Source of the DNA: Squalus acanthias
Lineage: Eukaryota
Assembly: GCA_030390025.1 (NCBI GenBank)
Contig: CM059432.1
Location: 14,448,001 to 14,512,000 of the forward strand
Direction of reading: 5' to 3'
Length of the DNA stretch: 64,000 nucleotides
Under the pieces are notes generated by a model. It saw nothing but the letters and a program-made list of their open reading frames with translations, did no database searches and was not told the DNA's origin. Positions 39,095 to 52,644 of this stretch are shown here, piece after piece (position 1 is the first letter of the stretch; every line of letters starts with the position of its first letter). A program made the translations under genes and the position numbers.

Positions 39095-39435
39095 CAAGGC
39101 TCTGTAGGTAAATGCACTGCGTAGTGTGGTACTGCGCCATATAGACTAGGCTTCGATCCATGTTGTGTTCTGAGTTCATTGGCAATGGTAGGGGGCACTA
39201 CAGGTAGGTTTGGTGTTCCTGGGCTAAAGAGGGTCATAATCAGCCGTGTGTGCGTGTGCATGTGTATATACTCAGGACAGGATTGGATGGCTGTGATGTC
39301 TTTCACAGTCGAATTGTCTACCAACAGTTACTGGCTAGGCTCAGACACTAAAGAATTGTCACTTGGCTGAGTTATCTGAGGGCAATGCTCGTGGAATCAT
39401 ATCCCAGCACCTTCAGGAGGGGGAAAAATTGGGAA
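39095..39435 (+). mobile_element. Old tRNA-derived SINE
   Basis: Head ggtaaatgcactg...gcttcgatcc; related pieces at 2965-5396 (-) and at 30455-30510 plus 32757-32905 (+). Confidence 0.6.
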
Positions 39436-40210
39436 GCAAAATATTTTTGTTGCGGAAAAATGGATACTTGATTCACAATGAATTAACCTTTTGGGGTTCC
39501 TCATAGTGCGGTTATTTGGTGAGAGGAAAAGTTCTCCAAATTGATTTTCATTTATGCTGCAACCTTCGACACAATGGTCGGGATATTCTCCTTCACGCTC
39601 CTGGAGCACGCCAGAATTTCTGCACACATGCTCGGACACACACAGTAAGAATTTTGACAATTTTAATTTGAAATATAAAAACAAGCATATGCATAAATGA
39701 GCACGCACAAAAGCATGAATGACATACATGCATAAGAAGAAAAAGTTGCAAATGCTGAAAGATGCAGCTTATACTAAAAACATTCGCCTCTCTTTCCTTT
39801 TAACTGTGCTAGCGGACGTGTTGTGCATTTGCAACATTTTCTATTTTTATGATGTGTATGAAAGTGTACATGTGTACGAGTGTGGCAATTCGTATGAGTA
39901 AGATTGTGTATGAATGAGTCATATGAATGAGTGTGTACGCATGAATGAATGAAGATGTATGTGACTGAGCATGAATGAAACTGGTAAGAGAGCGACAGTT
40001 TGTAAATCAGAGATCGAGTGAGAGAGATAAAATGATTCTGTGAGTACACAGTTGGCTGGTGGGTAGATAGGTTCAATGCTGCTGTGCTAAGTGGCACGGA
40101 CACAGACAAACAGAAGCAAGACTTGTATTTGGGCGACGGTTTTCCCCCCCCCCCCCCCTCGCAAAAGTACATCTGCGGCATTAGCTTATCCGGCATTACA
40201 CCTGTATCTA

Positions 40211-40603
<393 letters not shown>

Positions 40604-41911
40604 TCATTAACACCAAATGCAAAGTGGAAGAGAAATGTGCAGGCTGCACACGTGCAATTGAGATCCACGGCCTCCACGCAGTGGGATGGCACGGAGCGCT
40701 GGTGTGCCAATTCTCAATGTGGCGGGGGGGGGGGAGGCGGGGGGCGGGCAGATGCTGATCTGAGCCTCACTCTTCCCCATTTCTGATCCAAGATCATTTC
40801 AACTGGAAAGGCTGCAGTGTCAGGCCAGACGGACAAAGAAAAAGAAAAGAGAAGAACAGGGGGGAAACTTACTCAGGAAAGTATCCTCTTGGGAGAAAAA
40901 GGAAGTGAAAATTAAGATTTAATTTCACAAATCTCACATTTTTCATTTGTATGTTGCAAACAAAATTTCTGCATTTTATAGTTTCGGGGTTTTTTTTTGT
41001 GTGAACCTTGTACTGGTCAACGTGAGAGATTTCAGAGTTGGGAGAATGATGGAAGTTTTTTTTCTTTTCACACAACATCTGCTGAGGCCAGCTGCAGAGT
41101 TAAGCTCCCTCTATTCTGTCCCAACAGTCGATGCATTAATCTCAATCGCAGAGGGGCAGGCCAACACTTCATCCCATCTCACACATCAGTCATCCTCGTG
41201 CTGAGTGGGATTCCCAATTTGGCAGCAATTCGGGCCAAAATCGTGGACGGTTTTAAGTTTGAACATTGTGAACAGCGCTGGTGATGACCAAGCTCCTTTT
41301 GGGGAGGACCCCTGCAGCACTGTGCAGAGCAAGCTAGGCTGGATTGAAAACCAGGTTGGAAAGGTGAAAGGACACTTTTTGAATTTACTGCTCTACCCCT
41401 TCCCCCCTCCCCCTCCTGCCTGTGGATTAAGCCTTTAAACTACTTTGAAAAGAAGTATTAATGGAGGTTGTTTTAACTCTATACTTTTACAAAACACAAA
41501 TCCCTGCCGTGATACCTTTAGATATTCCAACACTTCCCCCAGCTGAGAAAATGTACCTGTGCTCTGTAAAATATCTCCCCGCCCTCACTCACATCCGCAA
41601 TCAACTTGCAATGTATGAATCGCAAGCACAACCATTTTTAAGAGGTAATTAGCGTGAGAATTAGCCACAGGTGGGGGAATCTACAGGCACAATGCGGAAA
41701 ATTATGATTTTAATGGAAGGAAAATCACAGGCAGCGTGCCCACGGTTTTCTGATATGCACAGGCAGCAGGGAAGGTGTCTCGCCACCGGCACGCACACAG
41801 GAAATGACCTCCCAGATAAACATTTGACAAAAGTAAAAAAAAAAATTTGAGGATATAAGAAGGGCATGACTTGGGATGAGAGTAGATAGCACTGATATCT
41901 ATCTACCGATA

Positions 41912-42073
41912 CAAAAAGAAAATACTGCGGATGCTGGCAATCTGAAATAAAAACAGAATCTGCTGGAAATACTCAGCAGGTCAGGCAGCATCTGTGGAGA
42001 GAGAAACACGAGTTGCTCACAGATGCTGCCTGACCTGCTGAGCGTGTCCACAACATTTTCTGTTCTTGTTTCA
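41912..42073 (-). mobile_element. Miniature palindromic Penelope-like element (family B)
   Basis: 3' end of family B (41912-42014) plus inverted arm (42016-42073) ctcacagatgctgcctgacctgctgag...gtttca. Confidence 0.8.
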
Positions 42074-42556
42074 TCCAAAACTCGGCTGCCCGTGTCCTAA
42101 CTCGCACCAAGTCCCCGTTCACCCGTCACCCCTGTGCTCGCTGACCTACATTGGCTCCCGGTTAAGCAACGCCTTAATTTTAAAATTCTCATCCATGTTT
42201 TCTAATCCCTCCATGGCCTCACCCCTCCCTATCTCTGTAATCTCCTCCAGCCCTACAACCCTGCCCCCCTGCCCCCCGCACCCCCGAGATATCTGTGCTC
42301 CTCTAATTCTGGCCTCTTGAGCATCCCCAAGTTTAATCGCTCCACCACTGGCAGCCGTGCCTTCAGCTGCCTGGGCCCTAAGCTCTGGAATTCCCTCTCT
42401 AAACCTCTCCGCCTCTCCCTTTCCTCCTTGAAGACGCTTCTTAAAACCTACCTCGTTGACCAGTCACCTGTCCTAATATCTCCTTGTGTGGCTCGGTGTC
42501 AAATTTTGTTTTATAAAGCTCCTGTGAAGTGCCTTGGGATGTTTTACTAGATTAAA
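42073..42556 (+). mobile_element. L2 LINE 3' fragment
   Basis: Reverse-complement match to 22407-22935. Confidence 0.88.
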
Positions 42557-42562
42557 AGTGCT

Positions 42563-42893
42563 AGGATGGTGTGTGACTAGGAGGGGAACTTGGAGGTGGT
42601 GGTGTTCCCATGCGCCTGCTGCCCTTGTCCTTCTAGGTGGAAGAGGTCGCGGGTTTGGGAGGTGCTGCCGAAGAAGCCTTGGCGAGTTGCTGCAGTGCAT
42701 CTTATAGATGGTACACACTGCAGCCACGGTACGCCGGTGGTGGAGGGAGTGAATGTTTAAGGTGGTGGATGGGGTGCCAATCAAGCGGGCTGCTTTGTCC
42801 TGGATGGTGTCGAGCTTCCTGAGTGTTGTTGCAGCTACACTCATCCAGGCAAGTGGAGAGTATTCCATCACACTCCTTACTTGTGCCTTGTAG
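42563..42893 (-). mobile_element. HER1-type LINE fragment
   Basis: MEYSPLAWMS...LDTIQDKAARLIG...HSLHHRR. Confidence 0.9.
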
Positions 42894-44296
42894 AACTCTG
42901 AATATATATCTTTTGTGTTCTTGCCAGATTTATGTTACCCCCCACCCCTGCTGATCAGACGGTCGGGGTTGAATCTCGGCCACGCCCCTCCTATTTATAA
43001 GCGATCCGCTGCAGTATTTTATTTGACATGAGGAACTGCCATCGGTTCGACAGGAAAACTGATGGCTAGATTCAGAGTTTGAACGTTTGAGCACTGAGTC
43101 CATTAAATTTTGTTAGCTCAAGGGTTCTCTTTAAAAGAGAATACTATTATTTGACAGAGGTGTGGGAGGGAGGGGAAATACTCTGAACCTAAAGTAACAC
43201 TCTTCATACACTGTAAAAGCAATCAAGAAGATAAACTGCCCATTTTCTCAGGGATAAAGCAACCAGCTGGAGACCACCCCGCACCTCCTATGTCAGTCAC
43301 TAACTAACCATGGAGTTTGTGTCGCAGTCTCAAAGCGCGTCATTCTCCATAAGATCACTTTCCATCCATGGTAACAAGTCAGTTTGCTATTGTTTATGTG
43401 ATGGTTGTTAAGTCATTTTCCATTTCAGAAATGTTTTAAAAATTAGGTTTCTGTTGTGTTAAACACAGTGGAACCTCAATTCTTCGTTGTAAAGCAGGCT
43501 TATCCACCCCGCCACCCCTGCTACCCAGAGGGTGCAGATGATCCACATGACACTGCTGCTGATTGATGCTCTGAGCGTCGAGTGGTCTGCACTCACTCCC
43601 TCCTCCTTTCCCCATCAGCCCTTTCCGAATCACTAACCTCCACTGGTCCTGCCCGTAAGATTAGCAGGCGCCGGAGCAGCTGATCGGCAGCTCAGGGCTC
43701 CCCGGTGTAACGCACCATCGGCAAAACCTGCCGTAAATCTGACTGAACCTGCTAAAAACACAACCCCCCCCAGCGCCAACCACCAACCCCAGATACAGAA
43801 ACGAGAGCTAAGGGCAGTATACACCCTCCTCCTGCGTCCCATCAGCATCCCCCCAAGGCACTGATCTCAGTGGAATTGGCCGCTATCTGGAGCTTGCCTG
43901 TTTAAGAGGTACTGCTGTGCCGGTGAGGTGCGTGTTGAAACAGGTAAACGCTCTGTATCAGTTCTAAAGCTGGCAGCTCCACTGCGATCCACACTGTAGG
44001 GGCTACTGACGCCCTTGCCGTAAGTGGGTGCATATTGCCGCGAGCATTTGCCCCTGTAATTGGGGGCCACGGCTGCCGTCAGTGGGATGTGTTTGGTGAG
44101 CACTCACCACTGTGGCAGGCCGAGTGTTTGGAGTCACGGGTAGGTGCACGAGGGAGTTGTGAGCTCGCAGATTAGCTGGTGGAGCAGCTGAGCCGCACCA
44201 GGTGGTTCTGTTGACAGGACCACAGCGTGTTGCTGAGAACCGTCACCCGCCCCTCTCACAGATCATCAGAAAGATAATAGGAGCAAGAATAATAAC

Positions 44297-44460
44297 TGCA
44301 CCACATTGCTGTTTGTGGGAGCTTGCTGTGCGCAAATTGGCTGTCGCGTTTCCTACATTGCAGCAGTGACTACACTCCAAAAAGTACTTCAGCGGCTGTA
44401 AAGCGCTTTGGGACGTCCTGAGGTCGTGAAAGGCGCTACATAAATGCAAGTCCTTTTGTT
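44297..44460 (+). mobile_element. SacSINE1-like SINE 3' part
   Basis: Reverse complement of 62400-62560. Confidence 0.8.
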
Positions 44461-44517
44461 CGTTCTTTTACCTAAAACTATAACTTCTGAAGGGTAAACG
44501 ATTGCTACTGAGATATT

Positions 44518-44705
44518 CAATAACTTGCATTTATATAGCGTCTTTAACGTAATAAAACATCCCACGACACTTCACAGGAGCGTTATCGAACAAAGTCTGA
44601 CACCAAGCCACGAAAGCAGATATTAGGACAGGTAATGGTCACAGAGGTAGGTTTGAAGGATTGTCTTGAAGGAGGAGAGAGAGGTGGAGCGGTTTAGGGA
44701 GGTTT
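44518..44705 (-). mobile_element. L2 3' tail
   Basis: aacttgcatttatatagcgtctttaacgta... Confidence 0.8.
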
Positions 44706-45288
44706 AGTATTTGCATAAGTGTTCTTTCAAATTTTTAGATTTCATTTTTCACACGAGACCCCAACCTTGAGTTATCACACAACACTTTTACTTACAAAAC
44801 GTTAATAGAACAAAAGAAGAAACTACCATGCAATCTGCCGTACATAAAACACTCCTTTATTTTTACACTTCTTGTCTGGATCTAACAAAACAAGGATTTT
44901 GTGTGCCCTTCACTAGTATTAACAAAAAAGTAAACTCAAGTATTAAATGGAGAACCCATCCTATCTACTTTTTCTCCAATGGCAGAAAATATATCCCAGA
45001 GGTTACGCCAATGTATAACCATTACATTTAGAGGTCACTGGCATGAAGATGGGGCTTATATTCGGGCCTAAAATCCACGGGCCTTCCAAGGCACTCCAAC
45101 CCAACGCCATAAGAAGGGCCACAAATTAGGCTGGAGCCCAGCTTTACATCAGAGGTACCGTAAGTCCAGAGGCATGAGAGAGGCGAGACATGGGATGGAG
45201 ACTCCCAATGCCAGGAGTTCCTGTGTACCTGGCCTGGGATCAGATTGGCGGCAAGATTGGCAGCCGCAACTTCCTGTAAAACCAGGGT

Positions 45289-45915
45289 GTTCCAGGATTT
45301 TGACCCAGCGACGATGAAGGAACAGCGATATATTTCCAAGTCAGGATGGTGTGTGACTTGGAGGGGAACTTGCAGGTGGTGGTGTTCCCATGCGCCTGGA
45401 ATACTCTCCACTTGCCTGGATGAGTGCAGCGCCAACAACACTCAAGAAGCTCGACACCATCCAGGACAAAGCAGCCTGCTTGATTGGCACCCCATCCACC
45501 ACCTTAAACATTCACTCCCTCCACCACCGGCGTACCATGGCTGCAGTGTGTACCATCTACAAGATGCACTGCAGCAACTCGCCAAGGCTTCTTCGGCAGC
45601 ACCTCCCAAACCCGCGACCTCTTCCACCTAGAAGGACAAGGGCAGCAGGCGCATGGGGAACACCAGCACCTGCAAGTTCCCCTCCAAGTCACACACCATC
45701 CTGACTTGGAAGTATATCGCCGATCCTTCACCGTCGCTGGGTCAAAATCCTGGAACTCCCTCCCTAACAGCACCGTGGGAGTACCTTCACCACACAGACT
45801 GCAGCGGTTCAAGAAGGCGGCTCACCACCACCTTCTCGAGGGCAATTAGGGATGGGCAATAAATGCTGGCCTTGCCAGCGACACCCACATCCCAGGAATG
45901 AGTATTTTTAAAAAA
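45289..45915 (+). mobile_element. HER1-type LINE 3' fragment with an inverted duplicated 5' piece
   Basis: Sense 45397-45915; 45289-45398 is the reverse complement of 45646-45756. Confidence 0.88.
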
Positions 45916-46759
45916 AAAAATTTTTTATTCAAATGGTTAACACAATGTATAGTTTGGGTGATTTAATGGAACAGAAATATGAAAGTCCGTTGATTAGAGA
46001 AATCTCTTTGACAACATCAGCGTAAACTCATTCATGGATTAAATTCAATCACCTGGAGAAATCCAGTCTGATTTTAACATTTTGCAAAAACCAACATAAA
46101 TTGCAGATTTGAAAAGTTATAAAGGCAAGTTTCAAAGTCAGCTTTTTAACAAGCTAATAGTGACTTTATGTGAGTGCAGCGACCTCTCTTTTCCAAATTA
46201 TTTTGTCAGTTTTTGCTCTAGCTTCCCTAGGCACACATGCCAACTGCAGCCTTGGAATTCACTGATGCCACCCTGGGCTGCCTACTCAGAGATACACAGA
46301 TAACTCTTCCTCCAATACCCCTCTCCTCGCCCCTCTGGCACTCCGGACTGAACCTCCCCACGAAAGAAAGGCTGAGATGTCAACTCAGTTGCGTGGAGGA
46401 TTATGAGTACAAATGTGCATTTCGTCAATCCATCGCCCTGTGCATTGATCTCCAACATGCTGCATCATCCACTCGGGCTTTTGACAACTGCAGTAGCAAA
46501 CTTGTTTAAAGCATTGCAAGAAACTAGTTCCAGTTCATATATTTATATCTGATGCAAAGCAGACTTGGCCTTAGAGCTTTAAAAATCACAGTCATGTTTC
46601 CTCAATCAAGCAATTACAGCCCAATTACTCTGCCACCATTCGTGGGAAAAGGAATCGCTATCACTTTCCAAGATGCAATCAGGGTGCACCTGCAGTGTGC
46701 AAGGGTCATCGGGAGTAGCTCGCATGGCTTTAGAAGCAATAGATCGTGCTTCATGAATT

Positions 46760-47450
46760 AGATCACCCCTCAACCATATAAAATGAAAGGAATACAAACC
46801 ATGTTTATGCAACCTATCCGCATAATTTAACCCTTTAAGTCCTGGTATCATACTGGCGTATCTGCGCTGTACCCCTTCCAAGACTTTCCCGAGGTGCGGT
46901 GCCCAAAACTGAACGCAGCACTCCAGATAGGGTCTGACCAAGGCTCTGTATGAGTGAAGGATCACTTCCTCACTTTTGAATTCCAATCCCCCTGTGATAA
47001 AGGGCAACATTCCATTAAGCTTTTGATTACTTTCTGTACCCGTTCACTAGCTTTGAGTGATTTGTGTACATGGACACACCTAAATCCCTTTGCTCCAGCT
47101 CCTAGTCTCTCACCGTTAAGAAAATATTCCAGGTTGTCTTTCTCAGATCCAAAGTGGATGACCTCACACTTCCCCACATTGAACACCATCTGCCATAGTT
47201 TTGCCCAATTACTTAATTTGTCTGTGCCCCTTTGTATCTTCCTGCTCCCATCCACGCAATTCATTGTGCCTCCTAAGTTAATGTCATCTGCAAACTTAGA
47301 TATACAACTCTCTAATCCTTCATCCAAGTCATTAATATATATGGTGAACAGCTGATGCGCCAATGCAGGTCCCTGGGGACCACCACTTGTCACATCCCGC
47401 CAATCAGAAAGCGAACCCTTTATCCCTGCTCTCTATCACCTACGCCACAA
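46760..47450 (-). mobile_element. CR1 LINE RT fragment
   Basis: FTIYINDLDEG...ISKFADD...KCEVIHFG. Confidence 0.9.
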
Positions 47451-48267
47451 CCAATGAAAAACAGAAACATATATGGATGTGATTATGACCATCTGGTGAA
47501 TCTGCAGCTGTTATCAAAAAGGCTGATCTGGTTCTGGATTGCATCTTAGGGACTGTGAATTGGAAGGGGTTATTTTAACTCTATACAAAACATGACTTAA
47601 ACTCTATTTGGAATACTGCATGCAATTTTGGCCACTCAACCTTAGAAAGGTCGCTGCTGCAGTTGAGACAGAGAAGAGTTGCAAGAAGGATCCTGGGACT
47701 CAGGATTATAAATTATGAAGAGCGAGACACAGACTGAACTTGTTTTCATTGCAGAAAAGAACATTTAAAGAGGACACAATCTGGGTCTTTAGAATTGAGG
47801 AATAGACTCCCAGAAAAACTAATTGAGGCCAAGTTGATTACCTCCTCCATAAAGAAGTTGGATGAATATCCAGTTAGGAACAAGATCAGAGGTGATGGAG
47901 TTGATGCGGACTGAGAGGTATGGTGGCCTGGTGGTTATAGTACTAGACTAGCAACCCAGGGATAGAAATCGCACTGTGGCAAGATGGGAAATGGAGTTTT
48001 TCTCCTATATACTATCCAGGCGTGTGATAGAGGCATTAGAGGTTCCTGCCCAGAACAGGGAACAGTACTTAAATCTTGGGGGGACTTGGGCTTTAATAAA
48101 TAGTCAAGTTTTAATACAACACTTTCATTCCATAACTGTCGCCCATATAATAATCACTGTAAGGAAAGTTTTACTCCAGGAGGACTAGACCTGTGTTCTG
48201 AATATATTGTAAATTCTGAAGTTTATAGTACAAATTATAGCATCGAGAAACTTTGTCCAGTGGCAGA

Positions 48268-48564
48268 TAAACAGAGGACACAAATTTAAGTTAATTGGCA
48301 AAAGAATCAGAGGCGAGATAAGGAGAATTTTTTTTACACAGCGAGTTGTGATGATCTGGAATGCACTGCCTGAAAGGGCGGTGGAAGCAGATCTTGTAAC
48401 AACTTTCAAAGGGAATTGGATAAATACTTGAAGGGGAAAAATTTGCAGGGCTATGAGGAAAGGGCAGGGGAGTGGGACTAATTGGACAGCTCTTTCAAAG
48501 AGCCGGCACAGGCACGATGGGCCGAATGGCCTCCTTCTGTGCTGTATCATTCTATGATTCTATG
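48268..48564 (+). mobile_element. CR1 3' end
   Basis: tggaatgcactgcctgaaagggcggtgg...gggccgaatggcctccttctg; attctatg tail. Confidence 0.9.
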
Positions 48565-49617
48565 AAATTATTCACAGATACGTGTAGGGAATTTATGCGG
48601 GTTTCAGCATGGTCCAGAGGCAATGTACATAAAATACAGCTAAAGGGATAGTGAAGCATAAATGCAGCAACTTTCCAAGCACTCAGCGTCATGGAGCTGC
48701 AGGATTCTCAAAACGCTTCTATGAATTTAAAGGGTCAGAATAAAAATATTGAATGGATTTGTGTGTGAAACAAAGTAATGGAAAGAAACTGATACACTTG
48801 GAAAGGTAGAAATTCCATTCGGTGAACTTCGAAACAAATGCTCAATGTGTTCGTGCTACTTTCCTCTAGTGTATTATTTTTTACACAGGCATTAACCCGC
48901 TCAATTTAAAAGCGTTAACGCCTATGTGAAAGTAGCACAGGCAGTCATGTAGCATAACTAGCATATTAACCATTTGTAAACTCCACCCTATTTATACAAC
49001 TGATGTGGCCAAAAATGTGACACGATAAATAAGCACACTGCAGAATTTCTTGCTCAAATACGAGATTAGCAACCTGGCCAGAACTACTTCCCCAAAAATA
49101 GTCAGCAGTTGGGAAATAAGAAAATCAACCAGCTGTCCGCTGATTGTGTTGGCATCATGAGCGTCAGCTGTAACCACAGCAACTCGTTCTGGTGTCTCGA
49201 TACCACAACCACCAAACATCTTGCTCTGTAGCTAACCCCAAATAAAAGCCAAACATCCTCACGCTCGCACAAGGGAACTTCTTGCCATCACACCTTTAAT
49301 TAACCCCATGGCGAAACAGTAAAACCACCAAAATAGCCAAATAAAACAAATCTCCACAGTCCCTCAATAATCAGCAGCCACAAACGCTGCATCGCCACAT
49401 CCTCTTAACGGCCGCCCACGAGCCGATAGCATCAGTCACAGTCGTGGTGATGTCACAGGGCGCTCGGAGGTGCCGCCGCACAGTAAGCTGGCCTGTGCTA
49501 AAACAGCTCCATTGCTAAAATGTAAGTCAACTTTACATTGTTAAGAAACCAGCAACGAAACTCATTAATGGAATACTCATGAAGCGGTCCCCTAAAATTA
49601 TCCATTATATTTCACTT

Positions 49618-49948
49618 CTGGGATTTCTTTGACGGCACCTCCCTAACCCGCGACCTCTACCACCTAGAAGGACAAGGGCAGCAGGTGCAATGGGAACACC
49701 ACCACCTGCAAGTTCCCCTCCAAGTCACACACCACCCTGACTTGGAAATATATCGCCGTTCCTTCATCGTCACTGGTTCAAAATCCTGGAATTCCCTCCC
49801 TAACAGCACTGTGGGAGTATCTTCACTGCACAGACTGCAGCGGTTCAAAGAGGCGGCTCACCACCACCTTCTCAAGGGCAACTAGGGATGGGCAATAAAT
49901 GCTGGCCTTGCCAGCAACGCCCACATCCAGGAACGAATATAAAAAAAA
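49618..49948 (+). mobile_element. HER1-type LINE 3' end
   Basis: Matches ~10440-10760. Confidence 0.9.
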
Positions 49949-51206
49949 TAAAGCTCACATTAAACAACTATCTGTACACTATCCTCCACAATACTGTGGT
50001 GATTTCAGATAAGAGTAATGATAGGGGAGGGAAATGCCCAATTGAACTGTGAAGAACACTAAGATGAAGTATTGCTGATTACAGGTCAATCACTTGCAGT
50101 GGGAATAACTTGAGGCGATAAATTGAAAATATCACACAAGAAGCTAATTGGTTCAACATTAAAGCACATTGATCAAAATTCAATCTTTCCTATAGTGTAT
50201 TGCCGCTGATGCACTATATAAGCCTAGTTGCGGCACCGCTCTATTTATTATATATACTGTTCAGCCTTCAGGCAACTGGGTGGTCATTCAATGCAAGTGT
50301 GTCATGTATTGTGGCCTGTGCACATCATACTGGAATCAAGAATCATACTTTATGCAATCATATTAATTGAATATATGTAATTATATATCTAGCTATGCTA
50401 TCTATATGCCTACATATGCAAACTTTGGTACATATCTACAGTACATAAATAGACATTCAGCACACGTAGACAACACATGCACACAGTGTGTGTGCAGCAG
50501 AGCACTATACTGAATACACCAAGCTTGGAGCCATTCCAGCAAAACTTGGAGTCTGGCCACTGGCAACAGAAAAGTTATTTTTTAAAAATGTATTTTGAAA
50601 CCGTTATGTTTAAAACCCAATATAGTACTACGAACCAAATACTGCAACCAAACAAGAATGAAGCAGTCTGGTTTTAATTGTCTGTTAGCGCTGCTCAACT
50701 GACTGTTTTAAATCTGTTTAGATATATGATTCAACAAGAACTTTAAACAATGCAGTGCTGATTATGAACCAGATCTGTTCTGACCAGGTCTGATACAGCT
50801 TGATTCATTCAGTGTGGCCGCAAATGACTGATTAACGTTACAGCATAAAAACGAGGAGCAATATCTCCTGCCGTCTCTGTAACAAAGAATATGTAAATGA
50901 TCCTAGCGGAATATGAATAAGCTTTTGTTGCAATAGCTTTGTGTGGGGATCAGTCATCTGGCCGGAACACTATTAGAATAATCTGAAAGGACCTGCAGGC
51001 TCAGTGCATTGTCCGGCAATATATACAAATAATGCCTAGCCAGCCGGTCATTATCTGGCAATGTGAGTGTGTTATTACCGCAGACCCAGCTGGCTAATAA
51101 GGAACACGGATTCAAGACATTAACTGACTTGTAGCAAACTGTCACTTTGTCGACAGTGATATACATCACCCAGACACTCTGTGTAATTTTCTTTTTTATT
51201 ATTATT

Positions 51207-52644
51207 GGGCCATTATTTGCTGTGGCAGGGCTTCTAATGGTGTCTGCCGTCAGTTAGACTTGCTTTTTGCACGTTTAGGTTTTTTAAATTTTTTTGCGCG
51301 GCGAGTTGCTGCAAGTGCGAGCTGGTAACATCGCAACGAGGGAAACAGGGCATCTGAGACCTGAGCGAACAGGGCAAGCAACTGTGTTATCTTCTTAACC
51401 AATCAGATTGAAGGACTGAGAAATAAACAGCACAAGGACTGAGAAGGAAGTGTAAATTAGAGTGGGTGAATTCAATGTCAAATCAGGTACAGAAAGAGAA
51501 ATAAAGGGAGGGAAAGAAAGACTAGAAAAGAACGAGAGAAAATAGAGACAGAAATTAACAGTAAATTTAAAAAAATAAATTTTTAAATCTCCAACAACAA
51601 TTAAAAGCTGAAGGAATGAGACTCCACACTTGTAATAGTTAACTTTCAGTGCCAGAGAGGTTGACTGGCAGTAATTAACACTTATCACTTCATTAAAGGG
51701 GTACTTAGACTTGAAGGGCTAAAAATTGAGAACCTTTGCCGGGGCGCTACTTTTATTGCCCTGGAAAAATTAGCGCCCCCGCGGCAGAAATTGAGTGGTA
51801 GCGCCCCAAGAGGGAAGCAGGGTGCTACTGGAAGCGCCCCGCATCCCTCTTGGGGGCGCTGCGAGGGAATATCGCGGCACGTATTGCAGGCCTTCCTCAC
51901 CTGCTTAAAGGGGAGGGGCCCCTGGGGATCGGGAGTGCCGGCAAAAGAGCCTGGCACTCAAGAGAAGTGCCGGGCTCTTGGAGCGCAGCTGGCACTCCGC
52001 GGGGGCGGTGGGGGGGGGTTCAGGAGGCCGGGGATGGGAGCACAGGCAGGTGCTGGCAGGCAGCCAGCAATAAAAATGGCCGCCCCGCACCTCACCTTTA
52101 AATAGCGCCTCCCTGGCCACAGGTAGGCCCCCCTGACCCCGTCGGACATAGCATCCGGCGGTAAGTCAGGGGGGGCGCTCCCGAAGATCGTGGCCGGGGC
52201 GCGAGCGGGACGCTGCGCATGGCGATGACGTCATCGCCGGCGGCACAGCACCACGGGGCGCTACCAGTTAGCACCGCCGCTAACCTCCCGCTGAATTTCG
52301 CGGGAGGCGTGGGCAGTGCCGCGCCCGGGCACTAGTTGCTTTGCGCCCCAAACGGGAGGCGCAAAGCAACTGAATTTTTACCCCGAAATTACTTGACTTA
52401 ACTTTCTATGACGAGTTTAGTTCGTATCGACCACGCAAATACAACAACTTCACGCCATTCAATGGGGAGGCAGACAGCAAGATGCCGTTTCCGCGAAGCT
52501 AGCGGTGGAGCGGTGAAACTCAGACAGCAACTATTGGATTTTTGAATTTAACTGCACATCTGCCCCTGCCCTGAAGTTGCGCATAAATAACGGCGAGGCG
52601 CGCGCCATGAGCCTCACCGTTATTTTGACAGCAAAATCTGGCCA
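51207..52644. mobile_element. PIF/Harbinger-type MITE (outer element)
   Basis: Imperfect TIR gggccattatttgctgt / acagcaaaatctggcca; 3-bp TSD att. Confidence 0.7.
51716..52384. mobile_element. GC-rich PIF/Harbinger-type MITE nested in 51207-52644
   Basis: TIR gggctaaaaatt / aatttttacccc; 3-bp TSD gaa; repeated gcgcccc/ggggcgc subterminal motifs. Confidence 0.8.

Noticed and set aside
43600..44250. GC-rich stretch resembling another MITE
   Set aside because: Could not identify TIRs or a TSD.
50191..50220. Short hairpin tatagtgtat...atgcactata
   Set aside because: Only ~10 bp; too short for a miRNA precursor and likely chance.
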